Shown: in pieces, positions 1 through 12,084 of the stretch
How positions within the stretch are numbered: position 1 is the first letter of the stretch
How the letters are laid out: each line of letters begins with the position of its first letter
NCBI GenBank assembly: GCA_005884455.1
Contig: VBCH01000208.1
Coordinates: 1-62,158, forward strand
Length of the DNA: 62,158 nt
Source: Betaproteobacteria bacterium
GTDB lineage: Bacteria > Pseudomonadota > Gammaproteobacteria > Burkholderiales > SG8-39
Direction: 5' to 3'
Translations under genes and position numbers: made by a program
The notes under the pieces: generated by a model
Databases searched by the model: none
Told to the model about the DNA's origin: nothing
Seen by the model: only the letters and a program-made list of their open reading frames with translations

Positions 1-2
1 AG

Positions 3-2372
<2,370 letters not shown>

Positions 2373-2384
2373 TCGGAGACTGCA

Positions 2385-4916
2385 GTGTCCGGCCTATCGC
2401 AAGCCAACATTCTGGTGGTCGACGACGAGCGGCATGGCCTGCTTGCCATGCGGGAGCTCCTTTCCGGGCCCGACCGGAACGTGCTAGCGGCCGGGTCGGG
2501 GAAGGAGGCACTGAGACAGATTCTCAAAACCGACTTCGCGCTCATTCTGCTCGACATTCGCATGCCCGAAATGGACGGTTTCGAAACCGCCACGTTGATC
2601 CGCAAGCTCAAGCGTTCCCGTCACACCCCCATCATTTTCCTCACTGCTGTTCTCGAAGACGCTCAATCGGTCTTCAGAGGGTACGAAATCGGGGCGGTGG
2701 ACTACATTCTGAAGCCGGTAAATATCGACATCCTGAAGTCGAAGGTGGCGGTGTTCGTCGATCTGTACAGCAAGAGCGCGGAGCTCGAGACGCAGGTCAA
2801 CCAGCGCAAAATCGCGGAACGGGAATTGTCGAAGGTCAACGAGAGCCTTGAAACCAAGATACGGGAGCGCACTGCGAGTCTCATCGCCGCGAACGACCTG
2901 TTGCGGAAGGAAATCGAGATGCGCAAGCAGGCCGAGGAGGATCTGCACAAGGCGAAGCGGGCGGCCGAGACCGCGAACCTGGCGAAGTCGGAGTTTCTGG
3001 CTAACATGAGTCACGAAATCCGGACTCCGATGAATGCCATCATCGGGATGACCGAGCTCGCTTTGCAGACGGCTCTGACGCCGGAGCAGCGCGAGTACCT
3101 CGATCTCGTAAAGGCCTCGGGCGCCTCCCTCTTGACGGTCATCAACGATATTCTGGATTTCTCGAAGATCGAGGCGGGGCGGCTGCAAGTCGAGACCATC
3201 CCGTTCTCCCTGCGCGAGACCCTGGGCGACACCATGAAAACGCTGGCGCTCGGGGCCCACCGAAAGGGCCTCGAGCTCGCCTATGAAATCCGGCCCGACA
3301 CCCCCGATGCGCTGCTCGGCGACCCGGTGAGGTTGGGCCAGATCGTACTCAACCTGGTGGGCAATGCAATCAAGTTCACCGAGCGCGGCGAAGTGATGAT
3401 GCGCGTTCAACCCCAGTCGAGCGACGGTGGCGAGGTGAACTGTTATTTCACCGTGAGCGACACCGGAATCGGCATCGACCAGGAAAAACAGATCGCTATC
3501 TTCGCGCCGTTTCTGCAGGGCGATACCTCGACGACGCGCATCTACGGGGGCACGGGACTGGGGCTGACGGTCTCGGAGCGTCTGGTGGAAATGATGAACG
3601 GAAAGATCTGGGTCGAAAGCGAGCCGGGCAAGGGAAGCATTTTTCACTTCACGGTACGCTTCGGCCTGCAGACCGTGGCGCAAGGCGAACAGCGGGCGAT
3701 CGATTTCAAGGAGCTGCGGGCTCTGGTGGTGGAAGACCATGCGGTCAGCCGCCGCATCCTCGTGGACACGCTGAAACGATGGAACGTCGAGGCGCACGAA
3801 GCCGAGAGCTGCGAATCGGTGACGGAAATCCTGGCACAGGCGAAGCGGGCAAAGGCGCCGTTCCGAGTCGTGTTTCTGGATGACACTCTGCCGGACGTGG
3901 ACAGCTATGAACTCGCCGCGCAGATACGGAAGAACCCGCGCCTCGGGGTCCAATGTGTGATCGTGCTCGGTTCGGCGCTGCGACGCGAGGAAAAAAGAGA
4001 CCGCCTCGACGGCGAGGTGTTGTCCTGCCTCACCAAGCCGGTCAAGCAGTCGGAACTTCTGGATGCCGTCCGCGCCGTGTCCGGCATACCGACTCGCGGC
4101 GGAGCTCGGCGGGCACCGCAGGCGTCGGGGCGCTCGCAAAGAATCAAGCCGGCGCTGCACATCTTGCTGGTCGAGGACAATCCGGTAAACCGCAGACTCG
4201 CCCAGCACGTGCTCGAGAAAGAGGGTTACACAGTCGCCGCCGTGGACAACGGGGCCGCCGCGCTGAAGACGCTCGAACGTGAGCGCTTCGATCTTGTCCT
4301 CATGGACGTGCAGATGCCCAGAATGGACGGGATCGAAACCACCGCGGCAATTCGAAACCGGGAAAAGACTGCGGGGGGATATATTCCCATCGTCGCGTTG
4401 ACCGCGCATGCGATGGTGGGTGATCGCGAACGCTGCCTGAAGTCGGGGATGGACGGCTATTTGATCAAGCCTATCCAGCCGGCGACGCTGCTCGAAGCGA
4501 TCGAGCAACTGCATCTTGCTTCCGGCGGCCGGTCAAATTCTGCGCGCGCCGACAAGATCGTGCTCGATCGGGCAACGTTGCTCGATCGAGTCGACGGCGA
4601 CATGCAGTTGCTCGGCGAGATTACCAAACTGTTTCTGCAGGAGTGCGACCCGCTCATGGCGAGCGCCCGCGAGGCCATGAAAACCGGAAACGCCGGACGT
4701 TTTGCCTACGACATCCATACCCTGCGCGGGATGTTCCGCAGCCTCTCCGCTACTGCGGCGCAGGAAGCGGCGGGAAGACTGGAGGAACTCGATTTGGTTA
4801 AGAATCTGGAAAAAGTGCAAGTGGCCTACGCACTGCTCGAGCAGGAAGCGCAGGCGCTCAAGGCCGAGCTCGGGGGGATTATCGACAAGACGGTCGCTTC
4901 CTCGGGGGTGATGTGA
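2385..4916 (+). CDS. hybrid histidine kinase, REC-HisKA-HATPase-REC-REC-HPt architecture
   Basis: GTG start 12 nt after the upstream stop. N-terminal receiver ([19 protein letters not shown]). H-box [17 protein letters not shown]-boxes DTGIGI and GGTGLGLTV. Two further receivers (second: [16 protein letters not shown]). C-terminal HPt-like HTLRG. Confidence 0.9.
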   Translation: MSGLSQANILVVDDERHGLLAMRELLSGPDRNVLAAGSGKEALRQILKTDFALILLDIRMPEMDGFETATLIRKLKRSRHTPIIFLTAVLEDAQSVFRGYEIGAVDYILKPVNIDILKSKVAVFVDLYSKSAELETQVNQRKIAERELSKVNESLETKIRERTASLIAANDLLRKEIEMRKQAEEDLHKAKRAAETANLAKSEFLANMSHEIRTPMNAIIGMTELALQTALTPEQREYLDLVKASGASLLTVINDILDFSKIEAGRLQVETIPFSLRETLGDTMKTLALGAHRKGLELAYEIRPDTPDALLGDPVRLGQIVLNLVGNAIKFTERGEVMMRVQPQSSDGGEVNCYFTVSDTGIGIDQEKQIAIFAPFLQGDTSTTRIYGGTGLGLTVSERLVEMMNGKIWVESEPGKGSIFHFTVRFGLQTVAQGEQRAIDFKELRALVVEDHAVSRRILVDTLKRWNVEAHEAESCESVTEILAQAKRAKAPFRVVFLDDTLPDVDSYELAAQIRKNPRLGVQCVIVLGSALRREEKRDRLDGEVLSCLTKPVKQSELLDAVRAVSGIPTRGGARRAPQASGRSQRIKPALHILLVEDNPVNRRLAQHVLEKEGYTVAAVDNGAAALKTLERERFDLVLMDVQMPRMDGIETTAAIRNREKTAGGYIPIVALTAHAMVGDRERCLKSGMDGYLIKPIQPATLLEAIEQLHLASGGRSNSARADKIVLDRATLLDRVDGDMQLLGEITKLFLQECDPLMASAREAMKTGNAGRFAYDIHTLRGMFRSLSATAAQEAAGRLEELDLVKNLEKVQVAYALLEQEAQALKAELGGIIDKTVASSGVM

Positions 4917-4939
4917 GGGGTGAAACGGATCGCAGCTGT

Positions 4940-4965
4940 AAAAAAAACCCCGGCGAGCGCCGGGG
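4940..4965 (-). terminator. intrinsic-terminator-like hairpin oriented for the minus strand
   Basis: Plus strand reads A8 then CCCCGGCG-AG-CGCCGGGG. On the minus strand this is an 8-bp GC stem followed by U8. No T-run follows it on the plus strand. No annotated minus-strand gene lies upstream of it. Confidence 0.45.
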
Positions 4966-5362
4966 CCGCCTGCCCGCATCCGCACCGGGAGGGAGGGGAG
5001 GTGCTTTACAAGCAGGATTTCATCATAGCGAATTGGAATTCTGTCTGCTATAGCGCAACCGTTAATTTTTTGTGGTGAGCGAGCGACCGTAAGTAGCTGC
5101 CTCGCTACTTTTTGAGGGGAGCGTGGAAATCAAGTCTCCTTCGACGCAGGAAATCGAGGGACACGCCTATCAGGAAATACCTTACACACGTTGAAATCTG
5201 ATCCGTAGAGGCCATTCGCATCGTCACAATTCTTCATTTCCTTTTGCTACCAACTAATATTTTCTTGCGCACTGGTTTGCGAACCATAGCATCGGATTTT
5301 CCCGGTTACCCGAGACGGGAGGAGGCCCGGCGCCCGGTAGAGCAACAGGGCGCCCTTTAAAC

Positions 5363-5728
5363 ATGTTGTACAAAGTCACCATCGAGCCGGCGTATCTGAA
5401 GGCCGAGCTTTTCAATCGCGAGACGATGGAGGAGACGCGGGAGTTCTTGCAGATCGTGGCCAGCGCCGCGATGAGGCATCAGCGGTCGAGCGTGCTGATC
5501 TGCGTGCATTCCTCGAACCCGGTTTTCACGGTCGAGAGGTCTGGATTTCTCGCGTACTTCAGGAGACTCGCCACCGATCCGTCGCATAAGATCGCGCTGC
5601 TGGGAGACTCCGAGGAGCTGGGCATCTCCCATCAGTACATCGAATTGATAGGGCGCCAGCACGGCGTCAACGTACAGAGTTTTCGAGACGAAGCGTCTGC
5701 GCTTAAGTGGTTCAACGGCAGGAAATGA
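5363..5728 (+). CDS. hypothetical protein, possibly STAS/SpoIIAA-like fold
   Basis: 121-aa ORF with strong GC3 bias and no low-complexity sequence. It lies 68 nt upstream of the REC-GGDEF gene on the same strand. The fold assignment is a guess from length and pattern only. No obvious SD. Confidence 0.6.
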   Translation: MLYKVTIEPAYLKAELFNRETMEETREFLQIVASAAMRHQRSSVLICVHSSNPVFTVERSGFLAYFRRLATDPSHKIALLGDSEELGISHQYIELIGRQHGVNVQSFRDEASALKWFNGRK

Positions 5729-5796
5729 TGCTGCCGTAAGCGGAGCCGCTTCGCCGAGCCGGCATCGTTAGCCTGTCGTCCAATTTAGCACGCCGT

Positions 5797-6969
5797 TTGC
5801 CTGGGATGGACCGAAGGGCGCTCCTTGGGCATCGGATGAAATTCGGGGGGTGGGTGGCCACGGTTCTTGTCGTCGAGGACCGACCCGTCAATCTGCGGTT
5901 CGTTGCGACGCTGCTCCGGGACCGGGGGCATCGTTTGCTTGAAGCTCGGAGCGGCGAGGAAGCGCTGCGGATCGTTCGCGCCGAAAGCCCCGACCTGGTG
6001 ATCATCGACATACTCACGTCGGGCATGGACGGCTGTCAGTTCGTCCTCAATCTGCGCTCAGAGCCGAACTCGGTCCAGCCGCGGATCGTGTTTCGGGCCG
6101 CCGCTCACATCGCGGCCGAAGCCGAGGCATTGGCAACCACCTTTGGCGCGTCTTTCATTGCGAAGCCCGTCGACCCCGAGACGCTGCTAGCGGTCGTCGA
6201 CGCGGCTCTTTCCGGGCCGAGTGCACTCCCGATGGAGGCGCATTCACAGGATAAGTCCATCGACTCGTTCCTGCGCCCTATCGCCCGTAAGCTCCACCGG
6301 CATACGGCGAATCTCGAACGCCTCAACGCCCAGCTGGATCGTGGCATCGCCCAGCGCGACGCGCAGCTCGAAGTGGTGAGAGCGGCGCTGGACCAGGAGA
6401 TCAAGAAGCGGCTATTGGCGGAGCGGGAGCTGACGCAGGCAAACCTCCGCTTGAAAGACCAGGTCGTGCATGACGGGCTGACCGGCCTCCATAACCGCCG
6501 CTACCTCGAGGAATCGCTCGGTCGGGAAGAGAGCCGCGCCCGGCGCAGCGGCCTGCCCTTCGGCGTAATGATGATCGATATCGACAACTTCAAGCGCTTC
6601 AACGACACGCTCGGCCACGCCGCAGGAGATGCGGTGTTGCGTGCAATAGCCCAGTACATGCTGTCCGTTGCGCGGGGCGAGGATATCGTCTCCCGCTACG
6701 GCGGCGAAGAGTTCGTTCTGGTCATGGCTCCAGGCCTGCAGGGAACGGTCTCGGAGCGAGCTGAAAAGCTCCGCCGGGACGTGCAGGATCTCGAGATCGA
6801 GTACGAGGGCCGGCGAGTCGGACCCATCACGATATCCGTGGGCATCGCGATATTTCCCGACCACGGCGAGAGCGGGCAGGAGGTGCTGCGAGCCGCCGAC
6901 GCCGCCCTCTATCAAGCCAAGCGATCGGGGCGTAACTGCGTTGTGGTTGGGGACAAGGTGAAGGCTTGA
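5797..6969 (+). CDS. response-regulator diguanylate cyclase (REC-coiled coil-GGDEF)
   Basis: Receiver (VLVVEDRP, LVIIDILTSGMDG, AKP). GGDEF domain with the GGEEF active site. An RGED I-site-like RxxD lies 5 residues upstream. The ORF opens with TTG at 5797; in-frame ATGs at 5806 and 5836 are alternative starts. Confidence 0.88.
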   Translation: MPGMDRRALLGHRMKFGGWVATVLVVEDRPVNLRFVATLLRDRGHRLLEARSGEEALRIVRAESPDLVIIDILTSGMDGCQFVLNLRSEPNSVQPRIVFRAAAHIAAEAEALATTFGASFIAKPVDPETLLAVVDAALSGPSALPMEAHSQDKSIDSFLRPIARKLHRHTANLERLNAQLDRGIAQRDAQLEVVRAALDQEIKKRLLAERELTQANLRLKDQVVHDGLTGLHNRRYLEESLGREESRARRSGLPFGVMMIDIDNFKRFNDTLGHAAGDAVLRAIAQYMLSVARGEDIVSRYGGEEFVLVMAPGLQGTVSERAEKLRRDVQDLEIEYEGRRVGPITISVGIAIFPDHGESGQEVLRAADAALYQAKRSGRNCVVVGDKVKA

Positions 6970-6999
6970 TCGGCCGGCGCGAGGACGCGGCGCGCGAAG

Positions 7000-7500
7000 T
7001 CAGGCGCGGGGATCGTACGCGACGAAGTGGTAGCTGAAGCCTCCAACCTTGTCGAGAACGCGAGACTCGCGGGCGGCCTCGCGCCATTGTGAGCGGTCGA
7101 ACTCCGGAAAAAAAGCGTCGCCCTCGAAGTCGCGCTCGATCTCGGTCATATAGAGGCGGGAGGCGAGCGGAAGAGCGAGCGCGTAGATCTGCGCGCCGCC
7201 GATGACGAATGCGTCCTGAGGTTCGCGCACAGCTGCGATAGCGGCCTCGAGTGAATGGGCGGCGTGGCAGTCCGAGCGGGTCCAATCGGGGGAGCGGGTG
7301 ATCACGATGTTCTCTCGCCCCGCAAGGGGCCCGCCGATCGATTCAAATGTTCGGCGACCCATGATCACCGCGTGACCAAGCGTAAGTTGCCTGAAACGCC
7401 TCAAGTCCTCCGGGAGGTGCCAGGGCATGCGGTTGCGGTGGCCGATGACGCCGTTGCTCGCCACGGCGGCGATGATGACGACGCGCGACAAACCGGTCAT
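7000..7500 (-). CDS. folA: dihydrofolate reductase
   Basis: 166 aa. Contains VIGHRNRMPWHLPEDLRRFRQLTLGHAVIMGRRTFESIG, typical of type I DHFR. Confidence 0.93.
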   Translation of the reverse strand: MTGLSRVVIIAAVASNGVIGHRNRMPWHLPEDLRRFRQLTLGHAVIMGRRTFESIGGPLAGRENIVITRSPDWTRSDCHAAHSLEAAIAAVREPQDAFVIGGAQIYALALPLASRLYMTEIERDFEGDAFFPEFDRSQWREAARESRVLDKVGGFSYHFVAYDPRA

Positions 7501-7563
7501 TTCGGGTCGACAGGACGGGAGAGCAAGTTCACGATGCGCAAAACTGCGGCATTATAGCGGGCC

Positions 7564-9030
7564 ATGAAAATCGGGCTCGACTTCCCCCAGCGCTACTACC
7601 CGCGATCGTTTCTGAGCCTGCTGCTGCTCGCCTTCGCGCTCGTCGCTGCGCCGCTCGTCGTGGCTTTTTACAACGCTGCGGTGTATGTCGAGCAGCTTGC
7701 AGGTCAGAGCCAGACCGCGGTTTCTCAGGCGGCGCAAGCCTCCCGCGGCAGCCGGCTCCTGGTCGAACAAACCACGGCGCTCGAACGGGTGGTGCGCCAG
7801 TATCTCATCCTCGACGACGAGGAGCTCCTCAAGGATTACGCTCGGTTGAGAGCGAACTTCAAGGCGAACACCAGCGAGCTGTCCCTGCAGCCGCTCGACG
7901 AGCCGCAGCTGCAGGAGCTCAACAGCACGATCGACAAGGAGCAGGGGCTCTACGAACAGCTGCTCGGGAAACCGAAAACGACGGGCGAGAAGAAGGCGCT
8001 CGTGGAAGGCTACTTGGTGCTGTCGGGGCTGGCGCGGGACGTGCTCAATACGAGCAACGCCTTGATCGACCGCGAGGTGGAATCCATGCGACGCACCGGC
8101 GAACGCGCGCAGCGCATCCTCTGGCTGCAGCTCGCCGCAACGATCCCGCTCGGGATACTCCTTGCGGTCGGAGTCACGCTCCTCATCGCTAGACCGATCC
8201 GCCAGCTCGACCAAGCCATCCGGCGCCTCGGCGCCGGCGAGTTCGAGGGCGATATCCGGGTCGGCGGGCCGGCGGACCTGAAATACCTGGGGAGCCGGCT
8301 CGACTGGTTGCGACAACGGCTGATCGAACTCGAACAGCAAAAGCGCCTGTTCCTGCGCCACGTCTCACACGAGCTCAAGACGCCCCTGACGGCGCTTCGC
8401 GAAGGATCGGAGCTGCTGGTGGAGGGGACGGCCGGCTCGCTTTCGCCGGGCCAGCGCGAGATCGTCGAGATCCTCCGGCAAAAGAGCGTGCAATTGCAGC
8501 AGCTGATCGAGGGCCTTTTGAACTACCATCGAGCGCAGGAGAGCGTGGGGCGCCTGGAGGTGACGGCGGTGCGATTCGACCGGGTCGTGGAGCAGGTGCT
8601 CGACGATCACCGGCTCGCGGTCCAGGCTCGTGGCATCCGCGCCGACCTGCGGCTGGATCCAGTCATACTTCAGGCCGACGAGGAAAAATTGCGCGCAGTT
8701 GCGGCGAATCTGGTCTCCAATGCGATCAAATACTCGCCTGACGAGGGTATGATTTCGCTGGTGCTGCGAAGAGAGGGGGCTGAGGTAGTGTTCGACGTGA
8801 GAGACGCGGGTCCGGGAATTCCTCCCGAGGATCGCGACCGGATTTTCGACTGGTTCTATCAGGGCGAGGACATCCATCACGGCCGCGTGCGGGGCAGCGG
8901 TCTGGGGCTCGCGATCGCAAGGGAATTTGTGGTGGCTCACGACGGTCGCATCGAGGTCGTGAGCGATCGCGAAGGCGGCGCGCATTTCCGCGTCACGCTT
9001 GCGGCCGGGACTCCGGGTGCCGAGCCATGA
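7564..9030 (+). CDS. glrK: two-component sensor kinase, GlrK/QseE family
   Basis: Two TM segments, HAMP, H-box FLRHVSHELKTPLTALREGSELL, RQYLILDD periplasmic motif, and an HATPase C-terminus. These closely parallel E. coli GlrK as I recall it. The stop overlaps the next start (ATGA). Confidence 0.85.
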   Translation: MKIGLDFPQRYYPRSFLSLLLLAFALVAAPLVVAFYNAAVYVEQLAGQSQTAVSQAAQASRGSRLLVEQTTALERVVRQYLILDDEELLKDYARLRANFKANTSELSLQPLDEPQLQELNSTIDKEQGLYEQLLGKPKTTGEKKALVEGYLVLSGLARDVLNTSNALIDREVESMRRTGERAQRILWLQLAATIPLGILLAVGVTLLIARPIRQLDQAIRRLGAGEFEGDIRVGGPADLKYLGSRLDWLRQRLIELEQQKRLFLRHVSHELKTPLTALREGSELLVEGTAGSLSPGQREIVEILRQKSVQLQQLIEGLLNYHRAQESVGRLEVTAVRFDRVVEQVLDDHRLAVQARGIRADLRLDPVILQADEEKLRAVAANLVSNAIKYSPDEGMISLVLRREGAEVVFDVRDAGPGIPPEDRDRIFDWFYQGEDIHHGRVRGSGLGLAIAREFVVAHDGRIEVVSDREGGAHFRVTLAAGTPGAEP

Positions 9031-9533
9031 TCCGGATCGCCGCAATCCTCTGCAGCATCTCGCTCGCCGGGTGTGCCGCCTTATCCACTCCAGGTTCAGG
9101 TTCCGGAGGTTCGGGCGCCTCTTGGGCGCGCGAGAACCGGGAATCGCGGCAGGTCATCGAGCTGATCGCATACACCCAGAGAGTCGCGGCGCTGCAGGCG
9201 GATGAGCAGCAACGCGAATTGAACGCTTCGGCCCAGATGCTTTCCAAGGATCGCAGCGCCTACGGGCGGGTCCGGCTCGCGCTGCTGCTTGCGTTGCCTG
9301 GAACTGCGTTCAACGACGACACCCGGGCCGCGGGCCTGCTCGAGTCTCTCGCGGGCGCGGGAGCCTCCGAATCGGCGCCGGGCCCGATGCAGCAGTTTGC
9401 CGGACTGCTTTATGCCCAGATCAGCGAACGCTTGCGCGAGCAGCGCCGCACGGTCCAACTGAAGGAGCAGCTCGAGGCGCTGAAGGCGGTCGAGCGCAAT
9501 ATCATAGAGCGCGAGCAAGCGCGACCAAGATGA
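9027..9533 (+). CDS. lipoprotein, QseG/YfhG-like position and features
   Basis: Lipobox ISLAGC. Helical C-terminus (LKEQLEALKAVERNIIERE) resembling the YfhG tail. Sandwiched between the kinase and regulator genes with ATGA overlaps on both sides. Confidence 0.7.
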   Translation: MIRIAAILCSISLAGCAALSTPGSGSGGSGASWARENRESRQVIELIAYTQRVAALQADEQQRELNASAQMLSKDRSAYGRVRLALLLALPGTAFNDDTRAAGLLESLAGAGASESAPGPMQQFAGLLYAQISERLREQRRTVQLKEQLEALKAVERNIIEREQARPR

Positions 9534-10870
9534 GCACCATTCTCCTCGTCGACGACGATCCGGATATCCTGAAGCTCATTTCCCTGCGACTGACCGCCGC
9601 CGGCCACAGCGTCAAGGGCGCGGACAGCGGGGAGAAGGCGCTCGCCGTGCTCGCAGCTTCGCGACCTGAGCTCGTCATTACCGACCTCAAGATGGGCGGA
9701 ATGGACGGCTTGAGCTTGTTTGACGAGATCCGCAAGCAGGCGCCGACCCTTCCTGTCATCATCCTGACCGCGCATGGGACGATCCCCGAGGCGGTCGCCG
9801 CGACCCGCCGCGGGGTTTTCGGGTTTCAGTCCAAGCCGTTCGACGGGAAGCACCTGCTCGACCAGGTAGAACAGGCTCTGCGCCTTTCCGGAGTCGCACA
9901 GAGGGGGGGCGAGGAGGACTGGCGGCGCGACTTCGTGACGCAGAGCCCGAAAATGGAGAACGTGCTCCACCAGGCGCGCCTGGTTGCCCAGTCGGAGGCG
10001 AGCGTGTTCATCCAGGGCGCGAGCGGCACGGGAAAGGAGCTCCTCGCGCGCGCGATACACCGGGCAAGCCGCCGCTCGCAGGGACCCTTCGTGGCGGTCA
10101 ATTGCGCGGCGATCCCGGAAAATCTGCTCGAATCGGAATTGTTCGGCCACCGCAAGGGCTCGTTTACCGGGGCGACCTACGATCACAAGGGGCTCGTCCC
10201 CGCCGCCGACGGAGGGACGCTGTTCTTGGATGAAATCGGCGACATGCCTCTTGCTTTGCAGGCCAAGCTCCTGCGCGTGCTGCAGGACCGCGAAGTGCGT
10301 GCGGTCGGAGCGACTCAGGGAACGGCGGTCGACGTGCGCGTCATCTCTGCCACTCACCGCGACCTCGACGCGCAGATGAAAATGGGGCGGTTCCGCGAGG
10401 ATCTCTACTATCGACTGAACGTGGTCTCGCTCGCGCTCCCGCCCCTCTCCGAGCGGCGCGAAGACATCGTCCCTCTGGCGACCCATTACCTCAGAGTTAC
10501 CGCCGCGCGTTACCGAAAGGACGTCCAGGCAGTGGCTCCGGAGGGGCTTCAAACGCTCCTTGCGGCACCTTGGCCGGGCAACGTGCGGCAGCTTGTCAAC
10601 GTGATCGAACAGGCGGTTGCACTCTGCCCTTCGGGCGTCGTGCCGGCCTCGCTCATCCAGCAGGCGTTGAGGGAGGAGCCCGCGCAGCTTGCGTCGCTCG
10701 AGGAGGCGCGGGGAGCCTTCGAGCGCGAATACCTGGTTCGGATCCTGCGCATCACTGGCGGCAGCGTGACCCGGGCGGCGAAGCTCGCGCAGCGCAATCG
10801 CACCGAGTTCTACAAGCTGCTCGAGCGCCACAAGCTCGAGCCGAAGATGTTCAAGCCCGAAAAGGGCTGA
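9530..10870 (+). CDS. glrR: sigma-54-dependent response regulator, GlrR/QseF family
   Basis: Receiver ([30 protein letters not shown]). AAA+ domain with GASGTGKE, the GAFTGA-type loop (KGSFTGA) and ESELFGH. C-terminal HTH. The N-terminus closely matches E. coli GlrR as I recall it. Confidence 0.9.
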   Translation: MSTILLVDDDPDILKLISLRLTAAGHSVKGADSGEKALAVLAASRPELVITDLKMGGMDGLSLFDEIRKQAPTLPVIILTAHGTIPEAVAATRRGVFGFQSKPFDGKHLLDQVEQALRLSGVAQRGGEEDWRRDFVTQSPKMENVLHQARLVAQSEASVFIQGASGTGKELLARAIHRASRRSQGPFVAVNCAAIPENLLESELFGHRKGSFTGATYDHKGLVPAADGGTLFLDEIGDMPLALQAKLLRVLQDREVRAVGATQGTAVDVRVISATHRDLDAQMKMGRFREDLYYRLNVVSLALPPLSERREDIVPLATHYLRVTAARYRKDVQAVAPEGLQTLLAAPWPGNVRQLVNVIEQAVALCPSGVVPASLIQQALREEPAQLASLEEARGAFEREYLVRILRITGGSVTRAAKLAQRNRTEFYKLLERHKLEPKMFKPEKG

Positions 10871-10904
10871 AACCCGACCGATCCACGCGCGGAATTCGTC
10901 GCGT

Positions 10905-10922
10905 TGTCGCTCCGGGGCGACA
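10905..10922 (+). promoter_or_regulatory. candidate enhancer (UAS) site, TGTC-N10-GACA palindrome
   Basis: TGTCGCTCCGGGGCGACA, with 7-bp arms TTGTCGC/GCGACAA spanning 10904-10923. About 165 nt upstream of the predicted sigma-54 start site. It matches the GlrR/QseF site consensus as I recall it. Confidence 0.6.
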
Positions 10923-10968
10923 ACAAATTCCCTTTCCCATCAGTTCGATTTTTGCCGCTCGCGGGAAA

Positions 10969-10988
10969 GCGTCGTTGACAAGCGACGC
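10969..10988 (+). promoter_or_regulatory. second candidate UAS, GCGTCG-N8-CGACGC palindrome (GTC-N10-GAC core)
   Basis: Perfect 6-bp inverted arms, about 100 nt upstream of the predicted sigma-54 start site. It matches only the inner GTC...GAC of the consensus. Confidence 0.45.
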
Positions 10989-11050
10989 ATTGAGAATCCT
11001 TGGGATCCTTGGTTCCCCTTAACTCGTTGAGTCAGCGCAAGAACTTATGT

Positions 11051-11066
11051 TGGCACGGGGATTGCA
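11051..11066 (+). promoter_or_regulatory. sigma-54 (-24/-12) promoter
   Basis: TGGCACGGGGATTGCA is an exact TGGCAC-N5-TTGCW. It is the only such match I found on either strand. It sits in a 274-nt intergenic region, about 80 nt before the ATG at 11145 and directly downstream of the sigma-54 activator gene. Confidence 0.8.
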
Positions 11067-11144
11067 CACATGCCAGCGATCCCGCCGCGATACGGGTGGC
11101 GGTAGAGACAATTTGCTGAAGCGAGCGCGCTCCAATACGGATAA

Positions 11145-11627
11145 ATGCGGATCGATACTCTCTTCGCAGGACGGGCGGTTCCGGTCCTGATTGCGGGTCT
11201 GATCGGCGTCGCAGCCGTCACGGGCTGGTTGCACAGCGGGTTCTCGCCCCATCAGGGCGACGCGCAGTCGGCAGACGCCGGGCGCAAACCCGTCCCGGCA
11301 AATGGCTGTGCCTTGTGCGGGACGGTCGAGTCCATCCGGACCGTCGAGGTGCGCGATGAAGCGGGCGGTGCCGGAGCGGCGGCAGGCGGACCCGGCGGCG
11401 CCGGCGACCAGGCGCCAGGGGGAGGGAGCGCCGCAGTCACGCTCTTCGGGACAGGAGGCGCGATCGCCGGGAGCGAGATCGAGAAGAACATGAAGAAGCG
11501 CTATGCATATCGAGTGACGGTGCGCATGGACGACGGCTCCTTTCGCACCATTTCTTTGTCGAGCCCGCCCACATTCGCGGTAGGCGAGAAGGTCCGGGTG
11601 GTAGAAGGCAAGCTCGTGCGCACGTGA
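11145..11627 (+). CDS. membrane-anchored glycine-zipper (SlyB/17-kDa-antigen-like) protein
   Basis: N-terminal TM segment, CALCGTVESI motif, Gly-rich zipper region, then EIEKNMKKRYAYRVTVRMDDGSFRT. This pattern is typical of glycine-zipper 2TM envelope proteins of Betaproteobacteria. Weak SD. Confidence 0.72.
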   Translation: MRIDTLFAGRAVPVLIAGLIGVAAVTGWLHSGFSPHQGDAQSADAGRKPVPANGCALCGTVESIRTVEVRDEAGGAGAAAGGPGGAGDQAPGGGSAAVTLFGTGGAIAGSEIEKNMKKRYAYRVTVRMDDGSFRTISLSSPPTFAVGEKVRVVEGKLVRT

Positions 11628-11676
11628 AAAGGCAGGTATAAGAAAACACTACTTGTTCAAGTGAGGAGAAAAGAAA

Positions 11677-12084
11677 ATGCCAAGCCTTAAGCGGACCGTC
11701 GCACGCGCTCTTGTCGTCAGCTTGTGCGCCCTAGGTCTGCCGATTCCAGCCGTGCAAGCCGAGCTGGTCGCGACCGATCGAGTCGAGGCGACCCGCCAGG
11801 GCGGGTCTTCGGGGCGCGAGTTCCTGCGCTCGCTTTTTGAGCGGGCCGACGTCCGGGCCGCGCTCGAACGGCAGGGCGTGAGCGCCGACGAAGCGAAAGC
11901 CCGCGTCAACGCCATGAGCGATGACGAAGTCGAGCAGCTCGCTGTGCGGTTCGACTCGTTTCCCGCTGCGGGCAACGGGTTCGAGAGCGCGCTGTGGTTT
12001 GGGTTTCTGGTGTTCATCATCCTTCTCGTAACGGATATTCTGGGCTTCACCAAGGTTTTCAGCTTCACCCGGCCGGCCAAGTGA
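11677..12084 (+). CDS. PA2779-family protein (secreted, C-terminal TM anchor)
   Basis: Signal peptide ...AVQA. Motifs ALERQGVSADEAKARVNAMSDDEVEQLA. C-terminal TM FLVFIILLVTDILGFTKVF. SD GAGGAG upstream. Paired with the following peptidase, as in the PA2778/PA2779 families. Confidence 0.8.
   Translation: MPSLKRTVARALVVSLCALGLPIPAVQAELVATDRVEATRQGGSSGREFLRSLFERADVRAALERQGVSADEAKARVNAMSDDEVEQLAVRFDSFPAAGNGFESALWFGFLVFIILLVTDILGFTKVFSFTRPAK

Noticed and set aside
2484-4514. 676-aa ORF on the minus strand, antisense to the second hybrid kinase
   Set aside because: It has no recognisable motifs and an Arg/Leu/His-rich composition typical of antisense frames in high-GC DNA. The sense strand encodes a complete, motif-rich kinase.
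4987-5001. G-rich tract GGGAGGGAGGGGAGG as a G-quadruplex
   Set aside because: It has only three G3+ runs plus a GG, so it is not a canonical four-tract G4. It is better described as the complement of the C-rich tract discussed in the sRNA finding.
7501-7563. GlmY-like sRNA gene upstream of the glrK-like kinase, as in E. coli
   Set aside because: The gap is only 63 nt, with no sigma-54 element and no terminator.
10975-10980. TTGACA inside the second palindrome as a sigma-70 -35 box
   Set aside because: The nearest -10-like hexamer (GAGAAT at 10992) is only 11 nt away, so there is no properly spaced -10.
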